Positions 1 to 10,207 of a stretch of DNA of 64,000 nucleotides are shown here, one piece after another. Under the pieces are notes generated by a model. It saw only the letters and a program-made list of their open reading frames with translations, had not been told where the DNA came from and did not search any database. The DNA is taken from IMG/VR virus record IMGVR_UViG_3300045988_137393. One strand, given 5' to 3'. This stretch comes from a virus. Numbering within the stretch: the stretch's first letter is position 1; each line of letters opens with the position of its first letter. A program made the position numbers and the translations under genes.

Positions 1-1241
1 TTAGTAAACCATTTATCCATATCCAACTGAGATTGAACAGCATTTCTTTCTGCGATAATAGAATTATATACATCTGTAGCAGAATCAACCTCAGACTTTC
101 TTTTATTGTATTCGGCAGTAACATTGTTCAAATCCTCAAGATTTTGCTGATACAGATTATAGTTAAAAGAATTTGGCTTATTCATACCTTGGGCACAATA
201 AACTTCATCTATGTTCTTGAACGATTTAACCTTTGAATCCAGAAAATCCAATCCACATTTCGTCCAATCCTTAGAATCCAAACTATCAGGTAATCTCGTT
301 TCAAGTTCCTGAATAACACCAATCTGATCACCAAGATGCTTCATAATTTCTTCGTACTGTGGTTTTAAAGATTGATATTTTTCATTATATAACTTTACTT
401 TGTTCTGAATAGATTCTTCCATTTCAGGTAAATAATATTCAAAATTATAAATCTTATTTGTGCTATTTGGATTGACTTCATTGATATAAATTCCATCACC
501 ACCATTTACACGATAGCATGTAATAATGCTATTTTCATCAATGCTTTCTATCATAGACTGCGCAAGATTATCCATTGAGATATAGATATTTGTATCTTCT
601 CCATAATCGTCTAAATCATAAGCATTTATAGTCATATTGAATGTATCGAAAACAAACAAACAATTAAATGCTTCTGATACATCACCAGTCAAAAATGAAT
701 ATATATCTATATCGTCCTCGTCAAAACTTCTTTGTTTGTTAGCAAGAGTAGCATCTACATGACCAACCGACCAACTTGGAGCAACATTCAATACACGATG
801 CAATAAACTTCCTTTAGGGTTTGTAGGATCGTAGAAGATGGTCTTTACATAATCGTCATACAAAATCTCGCCCGTATTACATTCAAAATCAATGAGTCGC
901 TTGTTACACAATGTACACTCTAATGAATTTGCTGTAATACTTTTTGAGATCCCTGTATTCTCAATATTAGTCTCCGCATGAATTTTATACCAGCCAATAC
1001 CCTGTACCATAATCAAACGATCTTCTTGAAAATCGTCATAATGTTCATATTTCTTACCATTGATATCTCTATAGATTTTAAAAGAAGCAGTCTGATAAGC
1101 ATTTAGATTAAAAGTAAGAGATAAATCATCATAAATACTTACTGCACCAAGAAAAGTTTTATCCTTTTTAGCAATGTAGATAATTGGTTTTTCAAGATTG
1201 TTCAAGAAATCAACGGGTAAATTAAATGATTGAACCGCCAT
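1..1241 (-). CDS. Tail-associated (Tal-like) minor structural protein, C-terminus cut by window edge
   Basis: Hand translation gives an open minus-strand frame from the ATG at 1239-1241 to base 3 (MAVQSFNLPVDFLNNLEKP...). The start overlaps the stop of the upstream Dit-like gene (ATGA). It sits directly after the TMP and Dit-like genes. Confidence 0.6.
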   Translation of the reverse strand, partial: MAVQSFNLPVDFLNNLEKPIIYIAKKDKTFLGAVSIYDDLSLTFNLNAYQTASFKIYRDINGKKYEHYDDFQEDRLIMVQGIGWYKIHAETNIENTGISKSITANSLECTLCNKRLIDFECNTGEILYDDYVKTIFYDPTNPKGSLLHRVLNVAPSWSVGHVDATLANKQRSFDEDDIDIYSFLTGDVSEAFNCLFVFDTFNMTINAYDLDDYGEDTNIYISMDNLAQSMIESIDENSIITCYRVNGGDGIYINEVNPNSTNKIYNFEYYLPEMEESIQNKVKLYNEKYQSLKPQYEEIMKHLGDQIGVIQELETRLPDSLDSKDWTKCGLDFLDSKVKSFKNIDEVYCAQGMNKPNSFNYNLYQQNLEDLNNVTAEYNKRKSEVDSATDVYNSIIAERNAVQSQLDMDKWFT

Positions 1242-2038
1242 CAGATCACCACCTTCCTTATTGGTCTATATTTCATAGTAAGAGTGCAATTACCCTCAAC
1301 CTTAAATATGTTCGTTCTCTTGTTAATGTCGTTTACAATACGTGGAAGTTTATAGTTGGTATCGTTGTAGATTTTATGTGATATAGCTGTAGAAGTGATT
1401 TCTAAGATTGTTCCATCAATTTTTATAACTTCATTATTGATGCAATTATCCAGCTTGAAAATTTCACCTGATGTTTCATTGGTAATTTTGAGGTTACAAG
1501 CACTGGAAATATCAATTTCTATATCGGGATAAATATAACCAATTTCATCACTCATATCTACAAACTTTAACATACCAATACCATTTTCTGTTGTTACCTT
1601 TAGTGTAATTAACTGTCCAAACCAAAATGGGGCATCTGTTGTCCCTGTGATTGTAATCCCAATAATATCACCAGCTATAGAAATAGGGGATACATTTAAT
1701 TGTGCATTAAAATGAACTGTATCATAATCTAATCGTGTAACTGTGAATTCCTTATAATTATCTTTCCTCTGTAACCATCGAGCAATTGTAGAATACTCAT
1801 ATGAATCAATTGGCTCAAAATTCTGTTTCATAACTTGGAATTCAAACTTAATCGCTTCTGAATAACTTGAATTTCCATTTTTATACCATCTATTTTGAAT
1901 AGGAGAGGAGGTTAGTGTAAATTCAATATTGCCACCTGTCGTATCAGATGGAGTATTCCCGTCAAATTCACATACCATCAGTCCATACTCATCAGAGGTC
2001 TTATTATCAAAAGTAAAACCACGAGTTTGAATTGTCAT
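1241..2038 (-). CDS. Distal tail protein (Dit-like)
   Basis: 265-aa ORF between the tape-measure-like gene and the Tal-like gene. The call rests on siphovirus gene order. Confidence 0.55.
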   Translation of the reverse strand: MTIQTRGFTFDNKTSDEYGLMVCEFDGNTPSDTTGGNIEFTLTSSPIQNRWYKNGNSSYSEAIKFEFQVMKQNFEPIDSYEYSTIARWLQRKDNYKEFTVTRLDYDTVHFNAQLNVSPISIAGDIIGITITGTTDAPFWFGQLITLKVTTENGIGMLKFVDMSDEIGYIYPDIEIDISSACNLKITNETSGEIFKLDNCINNEVIKIDGTILEITSTAISHKIYNDTNYKLPRIVNDINKRTNIFKVEGNCTLTMKYRPIRKVVI

Positions 2039-2055
2039 GGCAACCTCCTTTCTTT

Positions 2056-2310
2056 TTACATCCTTTTCTTCATTTCTTTTTCATATTTCTTTTTGAGTTT
2101 TTTCATTTCTCTGTTTGTCCCAGAAAACTCTTTATTCAATTTCTGTGTCTCAGAAATAATATCTTGTAATTCCTTAATATCACTTCCAAAACTTTCAATT
2201 TCTTTCTCTAATTCAGTGTTTTTCTCCTGTAACTTCCGAATCTGTTCATCACGTTCAAGAAGCAGTTTTTCAAGAATACTTACTTTTCTTTCATTAGTCA
2301 CTTCTGACAT
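2056..2310 (-). CDS. Small coiled-coil protein (Lys/Glu-rich)
   Basis: 84-aa ORF with RBS GGAGGAAAACGT before the ATG. It has a heptad-like charged sequence. Confidence 0.55.
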   Translation of the reverse strand: MSEVTNERKVSILEKLLLERDEQIRKLQEKNTELEKEIESFGSDIKELQDIISETQKLNKEFSGTNREMKKLKKKYEKEMKKRM

Positions 2311-2323
2311 ACGTTTTCCTCCA

Positions 2324-2353
2324 TTAAAATAGGAGAGGATATTTCACCTCTCC
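2324..2353 (-). terminator. Rho-independent terminator after the giant tail gene
   Basis: Stem GGAGAGG(2332-2338)/CCTCTCC(2347-2353), followed on the minus strand by a U-rich tract. Confidence 0.6.
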
Positions 2354-2358
2354 ATAAA

Positions 2359-5300
2359 TTATCTTCTTACTCCTTTGGCATAAGTTGCTTGGTTAATCTT
2401 TCTCACAACATTTTCAGCCTGTTTCTGAGCAACACCTTCCATCTGCTTAACAATCTTGTCTGTAGCGACACCTTCAACAATCGTTCTGTTGTCGATTTGA
2501 TAAGTAGGAGATTGGGATGAAACTTTCTCAATAGGAATGTTCTTCAGATTGCCAATAATAGAATCAATCTGTGGAATAACAGGCTTAAAATTCAACAATG
2601 CTTGCGTCTGTTCCTTAGAAAGTACAGCTTCGCCACGTTGTAAGAAACTAATACCATCTTCACCAGAAAGTTTAACAAGATCCTTAATCACACCGCCAGT
2701 TGAGAACGAAGCGTCTTTTATAAGTTTCTTGAGAGCTGAAGCAATTTTCTCTCTATCATTCTTACCAGACAAATCACTTTTTACAGATACACCAAGTTTC
2801 TTCGCAAGAGCAACTTCATTAGCTATACTCAGAACTTGTTTATGCTGTTTATCATAAAGATACTGATTAAGAGCACCGTAATACGATTTCTTGTGTGTTG
2901 CCGAATCTGAATGCTTAGATATCCATTCTGTAATATCACTTGCTTTCTTTTTGAGTTCATACAATTTCTGTTGCTTATCGGTATTGTTACTTCCTGAAGA
3001 ACCAGAACCGTTTCCGCTTGAAGTTCCTGAATCGTTTGATGATCCAATACCTTGTGTGTCTGTAACTTTTGTCTCTGCATACTTGGCACTTGCTTCAGCG
3101 GCTCTGTCAGCAGCATCACAAATAGATTGCCACGAAGATGCAATCAAACTAAGTTGTGCTGTAATGTTTGGAATGTTAGAAGATAATGTGCTTGCATAAT
3201 CACCTACAGCGTTTCCACCCTTTTCCCAAGCATTCACAATGTACGATGATATATCATATCCAGTATCCTTTGCGATTTTCTCAATATTAGATGCAACCTG
3301 TGAAGAGTTAGCATTTACATATGTGAGAGCATCAGAGAAAACTTTATCTGTATCTTTCAGGTAGTCTTCAGCTTGTTTTTTGCTATTTTCAAGCATCTTA
3401 TCGAGAGCATCTTCCTGATCGGAAACAGAATGATCGTACAACATGTCCGATCTATCTTTCTGTGCGTCTTGAAGATCGGATTTAAGTTGTTGTAATTTCT
3501 TCCGATTTTCTTCAGAATCGTCGCCTTCCAAAGCCGCAATCTGCTTTTCTAACTTAGCGATATTTTTATTAGAATCAGCTAACTTATCATTCCACTCTTT
3601 TAAGGACTTGTCTGTTTCTAACAATTCCTTTTTCTTCGAAATTGCTTCTTCCAAAGCATTATTCTGCGCATCTAATCCTTGCTTTACATAAGCAGCTAAC
3701 GACTTCTTCGCTTCATTAGCAGACTTGATAGAATCACGCTGACCTTGCTGATAAGTTCTCAACTTAGAGTTGTAATCGTTAAGACCAATTTTGCCCTCAT
3801 TATACATCTCATTCAAATCAGCAATAGCATCTTTGTACTTCTGAGCCTCAGCAAGATATGTATCATAATTCTGAGCGGTCAATCCCATAGCAGTAATACC
3901 ATCCTGCGTAATCATTCCCGTATCACTGTCAAACAGATTGTCAGAATCAAGCATGTCAATTAAGAAATCTGTCTCGTCCGTGATGTCTCCAAGCTTATCA
4001 AGTAACTCGTCAAAACGATCAAACTTCAACTCATTGATAGACTTTTGAAACTCCGCAAGTTCTTGCTCATCCTGTTGAATAGATTCATAGACACCATTTA
4101 ATGCTTCTTGTGCTTCATACCATTCATCGCTACCAAACTTAATCGTAGATAATTTCTTTGCAAGTTCTTCAGCTTCTTCCTGTTTAAGCTGCATATCAGA
4201 CTTAACGGCATCTGCTTGACGTGTATAATAAGCTTCACCTATTAACAGACCTTTTGCTTCAGCTATACTAAGAGAATTGGAAACAGCGTTCTTTCTCTGC
4301 TCAATCAGCCCGGCTTTATTGTCATATCTTGCCTGTACCTCATCAAAGTGATCTTTCCTAGTCTGACGCACATTAGAGGTATGATCCTCTTTAGCCTGAT
4401 TATAATTATCAGTTGCGGTATTCTTTGCAAGAAGATATTCATTATGTGCTATGCACTTTTTCCTAAGAGTGTCATTTTCAATCTTGTTAATAAGATTATA
4501 CGAAATTGACTTATTGGATTTTAAATTACTCTTAATAGAATTAAATTCATTTTGAGTAAGACCAATGTTTTTAGCTTTTGTTTTTTTAAGAGACTTTGTA
4601 AGAGAACTCTTATTGGATTTATAACTCTTTGTTGCACCAGTATAAGCAGTTTTTGAAGCTGATAACTGGCTATTGTAGTTTTTAATAATCTGTTTATACA
4701 GATTGTCAATATCAGACGTACCGATTTTCTTTGTTGGATTAAATGTAAGATTACCTACCTTGGCATTCAGAATATCCATCTTTGTTCCAAGTTTTTCAAT
4801 CTTATCAGAAGCACTGTCAATCGGGTTGTTCGCTAAAGTCTCATATAAATCCTTTAACTGATCCGTAAGACTGGTAACCTGTTCCTTGCAAGATTTTGCC
4901 TTTTCATACCAAGTCTGATAATCTTTCATGGCATTTTTCAGGTTTTCATTTTTGATAGTCTGGATTCCATCAGCGTCCAATGTACCATTACGGATAAGTT
5001 TCTTGTAATGTTCCAGTGTCTTGGATGATACACCTTTTTTGACCTTTTTTACATTCTTTCCGCTGCTAGAAGATGTAGATGTTGCATTGTTGATTTTGCT
5101 AAAACGTGAACCAGATACAAAATCCTTACGAGATGAAAGCTTGGAAACTCTTACAGATGCGCCAGTATGAGGGGATTCAATAAACTTACCGTCTCCACCA
5201 TAAATACCTACATGTGTGATGTTGTTTTTGCTTCCAAAGAATACTAAGTCACCAGCTTGCAAATTTTTCTTCGATGTGATTTTTGTCCCCATCTTAGCCT

Positions 5301-8300
5301 GGTCAGCCGCATGATGTGGTAAACTTACACCAAACTTCTTGTAAATCTGCTGTGTAAATCCAGAACAATCCGCACCTTTTGTAAGACTTGCACCACCCCA
5401 AACATATTTCAGTCCAAGATAATCTGTAGCAGTATCATATACAGCATTTCCACCTGTAGAAGAAGATGATGAAGTTGTCTTTTTGCTATTCTGTGTTTTT
5501 GCGGCTTTATTGGCATATGCCATGTATTTCTTATATGCCTTTTCCTGTGCAGTAATAGCTTTAGTTGTAGCTTCGATAGCTTTCTTAGTCTGATTTTTCT
5601 TTTGACCAAATGTAAGAAGATCGTCAATCTTGTCTTTAGCCTTAGATGCCTTGTCCGTGAGATTATTAAGTTTGATCTCAATAAAGTCAAATACTTCGGC
5701 TGCATCGGATTTTGTTTTGGATTTGGATTTTGATTTTTTTGATGACGGAGATTTATAACTTGATGAACCAGAAGAATTTACTTTTACTTGTGGTATATCT
5801 AATTTTGCACCAGCAGAAGTTGTTACACCATTTACAATGTCTTGAATTGCATTGTTAATATTATTGCGCATTTCATTAGACATAATTGGATTGTCTGATA
5901 ATCTTTGTTTTAATGCCGCAAGTTTATTTAAAGCTTCTGTACCTGCACCAGCCATTTTAGCAAGAGTGTAAATATTTTGACAATCTGCATCAGTTACAAT
6001 AGTGTTTTTGTTACAATACTGTTTTTCCAATGTGAAAGCTGCAAGTTTTGCCTTTTCCTGTTCTGTAATATCACCAAGATTTTGAAGTTTAAGAATATCA
6101 GCAACTGTGGCATTTTGCAAATCTGTGGATGCATCGGCAGAAAGAAGTTTTTCAAATCTAAGTTCTTCTTCCTTTTTTGCCAAAGCCTCTGTTACAATTT
6201 GCTCGGCATTTTTAACGCCCATATCTTCAAGCTGAGTGATATAATACTGTTTGTTTTCATCGGTAAGATTAGCGAGAAAATTGCCATCATTTACCCATTC
6301 AGTAGCAAGAGCATTAGCTGCTTTCTGGCACTGATCCATGCTAGATTCAGAACTACCCATTACCTCTTCAAACTCATCCCATGATTCAAGACCACGGACT
6401 GAAACATCAAATCCTGCTAAATCAGAAGCGGATGCAACTGTACCATTTTTCTTGTCAGCAAGCATATCAGATATCTTAGAAATCTGTGTAGACATAGAAG
6501 AGAGCTGCGTAGAAGCGTTTACAAGACCATTTATTTTCTGTGCAAGTGCCTCTGCTGATAAACCTGTTTCATTCATCAACTGCTGACCACCAGCCAAACC
6601 TTCAAGTGCGTTTCCTGTTAATTGTCCTGCATTTGCAAGGTCAAGAAGGTCATCTGCCGCACCTTTTAAATCGGAATCGTCTGTGTTTTTGAGATTGAGC
6701 CATGCTTCGTCAAAAGAAGCGATAGATGGGGCAGCAGAATCAGCAGCATTACCCGTATCTTCAATAGCATCCACACCAGCATTCAAATCATCACAGAAAA
6801 CTTTAAGATTAGAATCTTTTTCCCCTAAAAACTCTGCGTTATTAATCGCATTCATAAGGTTAGGATATTTTTGTAATTCTTCCTCTGTAAGCTTACCTTC
6901 TTGTGCCAATTGTTTAAGATCTTCTTTTGATTTCTCAATTCCGTTTGTATTGAAAATTTCTGAAATCTGAGAATTATTCCATCCTGCTTTGTCAGTATAA
7001 GAGTAGATTAACTTAATTATGTCTGCAATTTCTTGATATTTTGAAATTGTATTTTTTTCATCGGAGGACAAAGATTCTCCATTAGACTTCTTTTTGACAG
7101 CATTATCATAGGCATCTTGAAGATTGTTCTTCTTCTTTGTGAGATCTTCGATATTGTTATTTAATGATGTTGTATATTCATCTACAGTATCAATACAATC
7201 TTGTAAATTCTCTTCATAATACTTAATATCATCCTTAGAACCAGATTTCAAAGCTTTGTTATATCTCTTTTGTGTCTTTTCCATCTGCTCCGTATAATAT
7301 TCAAAAGATGCTAAATTGCCAACAATATCATCGCTGTTTCGAGCTTCCTGAAATACGCCAGTTGCTTTTGACTGAGCAAGTTGAGTATCAACCGCATTTT
7401 TATCAATATCACCTTTCCCATATTGTTTATTAAATGCAGTTACTGTTTTATCTGCCGCCTCTCGCGCAGAATTAGCCTTCTCTTTTTCTTCAATATTTTT
7501 TTGAAGTTCTAACTGTCGAGTAGCTTCTTTTAATTTATCTAGTTCTTCCTGTTCAACGTATGTGAGTTTATCTTTTTTATTAAGTTCATCAATACTTTTA
7601 TTTTGTTCTTCTAATTGAGAAGTTGTGTCTTTTAATGCTGTTTTAGCAGAATCATACTCACTTACAGCTTCATTCATTGCTTCATTGGCTTTTTCTACAC
7701 GATGGATATAATTATCAATAGCTGTAACAGCTAATTGAATGCCTTCTGCGATAAGCATACCAGCAATCATATTTGCCGCCATCTTTAATCCTTCTAAGGC
7801 AATATTAGCTGCTTTAGCACCAATGGTCATTTGCTCTAATCCATTATTGTAAGCAATAGCAGACTGCCTTGCTGCATTCTGAGCATTTTTTACATCATCA
7901 AGAGATACTTTAGTTAAGTCATTTTCTTGAACAAATTTTACTTGCCATTTTTCACCTTCTGATAATCCTTCAAAGTATTTTTGCCAACTAGACTGATTAG
8001 AATCAACGAATTCTTTTTGTTTCAATAGATTATCTAAAATACCTTGCGGATTTTTTTCATAAACAGAAAGATCTTTTAATTTATCTTGTATATCAGATTT
8101 AGTAATAATAAATTTATCACTTAAGTCTTTCTTAACGGAAGAATTTTTCCACGCATTTGCAATATTAGATATTGTATAATCATTTATTACAATTAATTCA
8201 TCAGAAACTTTTTTAAATCTATTTCCAATATCTTCAAATGATTTCCCCAATATTCCAAATTTCGATGAAAATGTATCTTTATCACTGTCAAATGTTTTGA

Positions 8301-8307
8301 ATATCAT
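2359..8307 (-). CDS. Giant tape-measure-like tail protein (1982 aa) with internal NlpC/P60 peptidase domain
   Basis: Very long coiled-coil-rich ORF lying just upstream of the Dit-like and Tal-like genes. It has a hydrophobic segment near residues 170-200, Ser/Lys-rich linkers and an NlpC/P60 motif block. Confidence 0.85.
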   Translation of the reverse strand: MIFKTFDSDKDTFSSKFGILGKSFEDIGNRFKKVSDELIVINDYTISNIANAWKNSSVKKDLSDKFIITKSDIQDKLKDLSVYEKNPQGILDNLLKQKEFVDSNQSSWQKYFEGLSEGEKWQVKFVQENDLTKVSLDDVKNAQNAARQSAIAYNNGLEQMTIGAKAANIALEGLKMAANMIAGMLIAEGIQLAVTAIDNYIHRVEKANEAMNEAVSEYDSAKTALKDTTSQLEEQNKSIDELNKKDKLTYVEQEELDKLKEATRQLELQKNIEEKEKANSAREAADKTVTAFNKQYGKGDIDKNAVDTQLAQSKATGVFQEARNSDDIVGNLASFEYYTEQMEKTQKRYNKALKSGSKDDIKYYEENLQDCIDTVDEYTTSLNNNIEDLTKKKNNLQDAYDNAVKKKSNGESLSSDEKNTISKYQEIADIIKLIYSYTDKAGWNNSQISEIFNTNGIEKSKEDLKQLAQEGKLTEEELQKYPNLMNAINNAEFLGEKDSNLKVFCDDLNAGVDAIEDTGNAADSAAPSIASFDEAWLNLKNTDDSDLKGAADDLLDLANAGQLTGNALEGLAGGQQLMNETGLSAEALAQKINGLVNASTQLSSMSTQISKISDMLADKKNGTVASASDLAGFDVSVRGLESWDEFEEVMGSSESSMDQCQKAANALATEWVNDGNFLANLTDENKQYYITQLEDMGVKNAEQIVTEALAKKEEELRFEKLLSADASTDLQNATVADILKLQNLGDITEQEKAKLAAFTLEKQYCNKNTIVTDADCQNIYTLAKMAGAGTEALNKLAALKQRLSDNPIMSNEMRNNINNAIQDIVNGVTTSAGAKLDIPQVKVNSSGSSSYKSPSSKKSKSKSKTKSDAAEVFDFIEIKLNNLTDKASKAKDKIDDLLTFGQKKNQTKKAIEATTKAITAQEKAYKKYMAYANKAAKTQNSKKTTSSSSSTGGNAVYDTATDYLGLKYVWGGASLTKGADCSGFTQQIYKKFGVSLPHHAADQAKMGTKITSKKNLQAGDLVFFGSKNNITHVGIYGGDGKFIESPHTGASVRVSKLSSRKDFVSGSRFSKINNATSTSSSSGKNVKKVKKGVSSKTLEHYKKLIRNGTLDADGIQTIKNENLKNAMKDYQTWYEKAKSCKEQVTSLTDQLKDLYETLANNPIDSASDKIEKLGTKMDILNAKVGNLTFNPTKKIGTSDIDNLYKQIIKNYNSQLSASKTAYTGATKSYKSNKSSLTKSLKKTKAKNIGLTQNEFNSIKSNLKSNKSISYNLINKIENDTLRKKCIAHNEYLLAKNTATDNYNQAKEDHTSNVRQTRKDHFDEVQARYDNKAGLIEQRKNAVSNSLSIAEAKGLLIGEAYYTRQADAVKSDMQLKQEEAEELAKKLSTIKFGSDEWYEAQEALNGVYESIQQDEQELAEFQKSINELKFDRFDELLDKLGDITDETDFLIDMLDSDNLFDSDTGMITQDGITAMGLTAQNYDTYLAEAQKYKDAIADLNEMYNEGKIGLNDYNSKLRTYQQGQRDSIKSANEAKKSLAAYVKQGLDAQNNALEEAISKKKELLETDKSLKEWNDKLADSNKNIAKLEKQIAALEGDDSEENRKKLQQLKSDLQDAQKDRSDMLYDHSVSDQEDALDKMLENSKKQAEDYLKDTDKVFSDALTYVNANSSQVASNIEKIAKDTGYDISSYIVNAWEKGGNAVGDYASTLSSNIPNITAQLSLIASSWQSICDAADRAAEASAKYAETKVTDTQGIGSSNDSGTSSGNGSGSSGSNNTDKQQKLYELKKKASDITEWISKHSDSATHKKSYYGALNQYLYDKQHKQVLSIANEVALAKKLGVSVKSDLSGKNDREKIASALKKLIKDASFSTGGVIKDLVKLSGEDGISFLQRGEAVLSKEQTQALLNFKPVIPQIDSIIGNLKNIPIEKVSSQSPTYQIDNRTIVEGVATDKIVKQMEGVAQKQAENVVRKINQATYAKGVRR
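5135..5425 (-). other. NlpC/P60 cysteine peptidase domain inside the giant tail protein
   Basis: The translated block GLKYVWGGASLTKGADCSGFTQQIYKKFGV...GDLVFFGSKNNITHVGIYGGDGKFIESP carries the canonical Cys and His motifs. Confidence 0.85.
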
Positions 8308-8389
8308 ACTATTTTATTACAAGTTGTTTGAGGACTTGCTGAATTTTATTATATGTGATACAATTTTCATAAATTGGAGGTGTGTCATC

Positions 8390-8860
8390 ATGTTAATGTA
8401 TTGTAAAAAATGTGGAAGAACAATTATAGATTCAAAAAAATGTGACATTTGTAACTCTATAACATATGAAGTTCCTGAAGAATATCTATTACTATATAAT
8501 GGAAAAATTTATAAAAATAATTTGAATGAAAGCAAAAAAGACCAATTCATAGAAGAATGTATAAAATCTTCACCAGAATTTGACGAATATCTATTTAACA
8601 ATAGAGATAGAATCAAAGCACAAAAATCTGCCGAATATGAACGAGATATGGCTATCGGTGATGCAATACGTCAAGGTGCGGATGTTAAAACAGCTTTTCG
8701 CAATGGTGGTAAGAACATGCCAAAATGCCCTACCTGTGGCTCACTTAATGTAGAAAAGATTTCAACTAGTAAGAAAATATTTGGCGGTGTAATATTTGGA
8801 TTGTTCAGTTCAGATGTAAGAAACACAATGCACTGTAAAAATTGTGGAGCAAAATGGTAA
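8390..8860 (+). CDS. Double zinc-ribbon protein
   Basis: RBS GGAGG at 8376-8380, 9 nt upstream of the ATG at 8390. CxxC pairs occur at both ends (CKKCG..CDIC; CPTCG..CKNCG). Confidence 0.7.
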   Translation: MLMYCKKCGRTIIDSKKCDICNSITYEVPEEYLLLYNGKIYKNNLNESKKDQFIEECIKSSPEFDEYLFNNRDRIKAQKSAEYERDMAIGDAIRQGADVKTAFRNGGKNMPKCPTCGSLNVEKISTSKKIFGGVIFGLFSSDVRNTMHCKNCGAKW

Positions 8861-8935
8861 ACGTATGTTCCGACTATCAATTCTTTGTTTAAAATGGTAA
8901 AATTTGGTTATCAAATATATTACGAAAGAAGGTTG

Positions 8936-9340
8936 ATGCATATGGATTTTATATCACCAGAAGTTAAAAGACAGATGCAGCAAAACCAAGCTAATCGTCA
9001 GATAGAAATAAATGCTTCCAAGATGCAGCTTGATAGTAGCGCAGAACAAGTTGCTTATTATCTGTATGAAGAAATCAGAGATTATCAAAACAAACTTCCT
9101 GATACAGAAGATGTAGCAATGTCTATTGTTCAATTTAATCAGTCAATTACCATTTTTGTTAAAGAAATCGGTTGCATTGGCTACAATTTGGTTTGTTTCC
9201 ACGGAGAGGACACATCTGGCAAACCGTTGGAACTGATACAGCATGTACAACAGTTAAATTTTCTTTTAATGGTTGTCCAAAAACCTGCTCCAGAAGTTCC
9301 GAAACGTCAGATAGGTTTCGTAGGTCAGGTTGAGGAATAA
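8936..9340 (+). CDS. Hypothetical protein
   Basis: 134-aa ORF from an internal ATG preceded by GAAAGAAGG. It is followed by a terminator. Confidence 0.6.
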   Translation: MHMDFISPEVKRQMQQNQANRQIEINASKMQLDSSAEQVAYYLYEEIRDYQNKLPDTEDVAMSIVQFNQSITIFVKEIGCIGYNLVCFHGEDTSGKPLELIQHVQQLNFLLMVVQKPAPEVPKRQIGFVGQVEE

Positions 9341-9390
9341 GTTTTGTTAAATCAATATTCGTATTTATCACCTCGAATTAAGAGAGTAGA

Positions 9391-9417
9391 AGACTTGTCA
9401 GATGGCAGGTCTTTTAT
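9391..9417 (+). terminator. Rho-independent terminator
   Basis: Stem AGACTTG/CAGGTCT followed by a TTTTAT tract. Confidence 0.65.
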
Positions 9418-9438
9418 GATATATGTTTACAATGCGAA

Positions 9439-9462
9439 AGAGACTAGATTGCTCTAGTCTCT
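9439..9462. terminator. Perfect 10-bp hairpin (bidirectional terminator-like)
   Basis: AGAGACTAGA ttgc TCTAGTCTCT, lying between convergent genes. Confidence 0.5.
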
Positions 9463-9554
9463 TATTAGTTACTAAAAACTTATATGCAGTTCGTATACAC
9501 ATTTCTGTGCAACTTGATTTACAATTCATATTATATATTATGTATTATATGTTG

Positions 9555-10100
9555 TCAAGATAAATTTGTTAATTCTTTTATTTTGTTTTTTACATAATCA
9601 TATGGTGTTTGTATTTTATAAACTTTTTTATTAGGATTTATTCTCATAATATCGGCACAAAACATTTGATGCACCTTTAATTTACTACATCCTTCTTCTT
9701 CAAAATTCTTAACTCTTATTATCATTTCACATGTTTTATCAACAGGAGCAGATTCTTTTTTAATAGATACAAGCGGAACTATTAACATAGTGTTTCCAAA
9801 ATCTTTTAATATTAAACACCAATGACTATTGTATATTTCTTTTGGGTATGAATTTTCTATATAAAAGTAACAGACATCTCCCTCTGACGGACGTTCCATT
9901 CCCTTTAAATTATATTTTATCTTTGATAATTCAGTATTATTTTTAGCATTCTTACCTATTGTGTTATTAAAGTGATAAATTGAATTAACCATTCTTTTAT
10001 AGTTGTATACAAAACTAATAATATCAAAATTCTTAATAGATAAAATCTTTTTATTTATTAACTCAAGTTCTTTTTCAACATCCATAATAGTGTCCACCAA
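9555..10100 (-). CDS. Hypothetical protein with PemK/MazF-like toxin motif
   Basis: 181-aa ORF. The segment GDVCYFYIENSYPKEIYNSHWCLILKDFGNTMLIVPLVS resembles the G-D-[IV]...[LIV]VP[IL][TS]S pattern of PemK/MazF-fold toxins. This is motif-level evidence only. Confidence 0.45.
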   Translation of the reverse strand: MVDTIMDVEKELELINKKILSIKNFDIISFVYNYKRMVNSIYHFNNTIGKNAKNNTELSKIKYNLKGMERPSEGDVCYFYIENSYPKEIYNSHWCLILKDFGNTMLIVPLVSIKKESAPVDKTCEMIIRVKNFEEEGCSKLKVHQMFCADIMRINPNKKVYKIQTPYDYVKNKIKELTNLS

Positions 10101-10207
10101 TCATAAGTATTATAATTACCATTATATACCAATAATCGACAGAATACTATCAGAACGTATGTTTATAAATATAAAAGAAGAGTAGCCAATCGACTACTCT
10201 TTATCTT

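Noticed and set aside
33-236. Plus-strand 67-aa track ORF
   Set aside because: It lies antisense inside the open Tal-like minus-strand frame. It has no RBS and a low-complexity hydrophobic translation.
2056-8307. Read-through or frameshift joining the giant tail ORF to the 84-aa coiled-coil ORF, which is in the same frame
   Set aside because: Two stops (TAA and TGA), a terminator hairpin and a separate RBS lie between them. This is an ordinary gene boundary.
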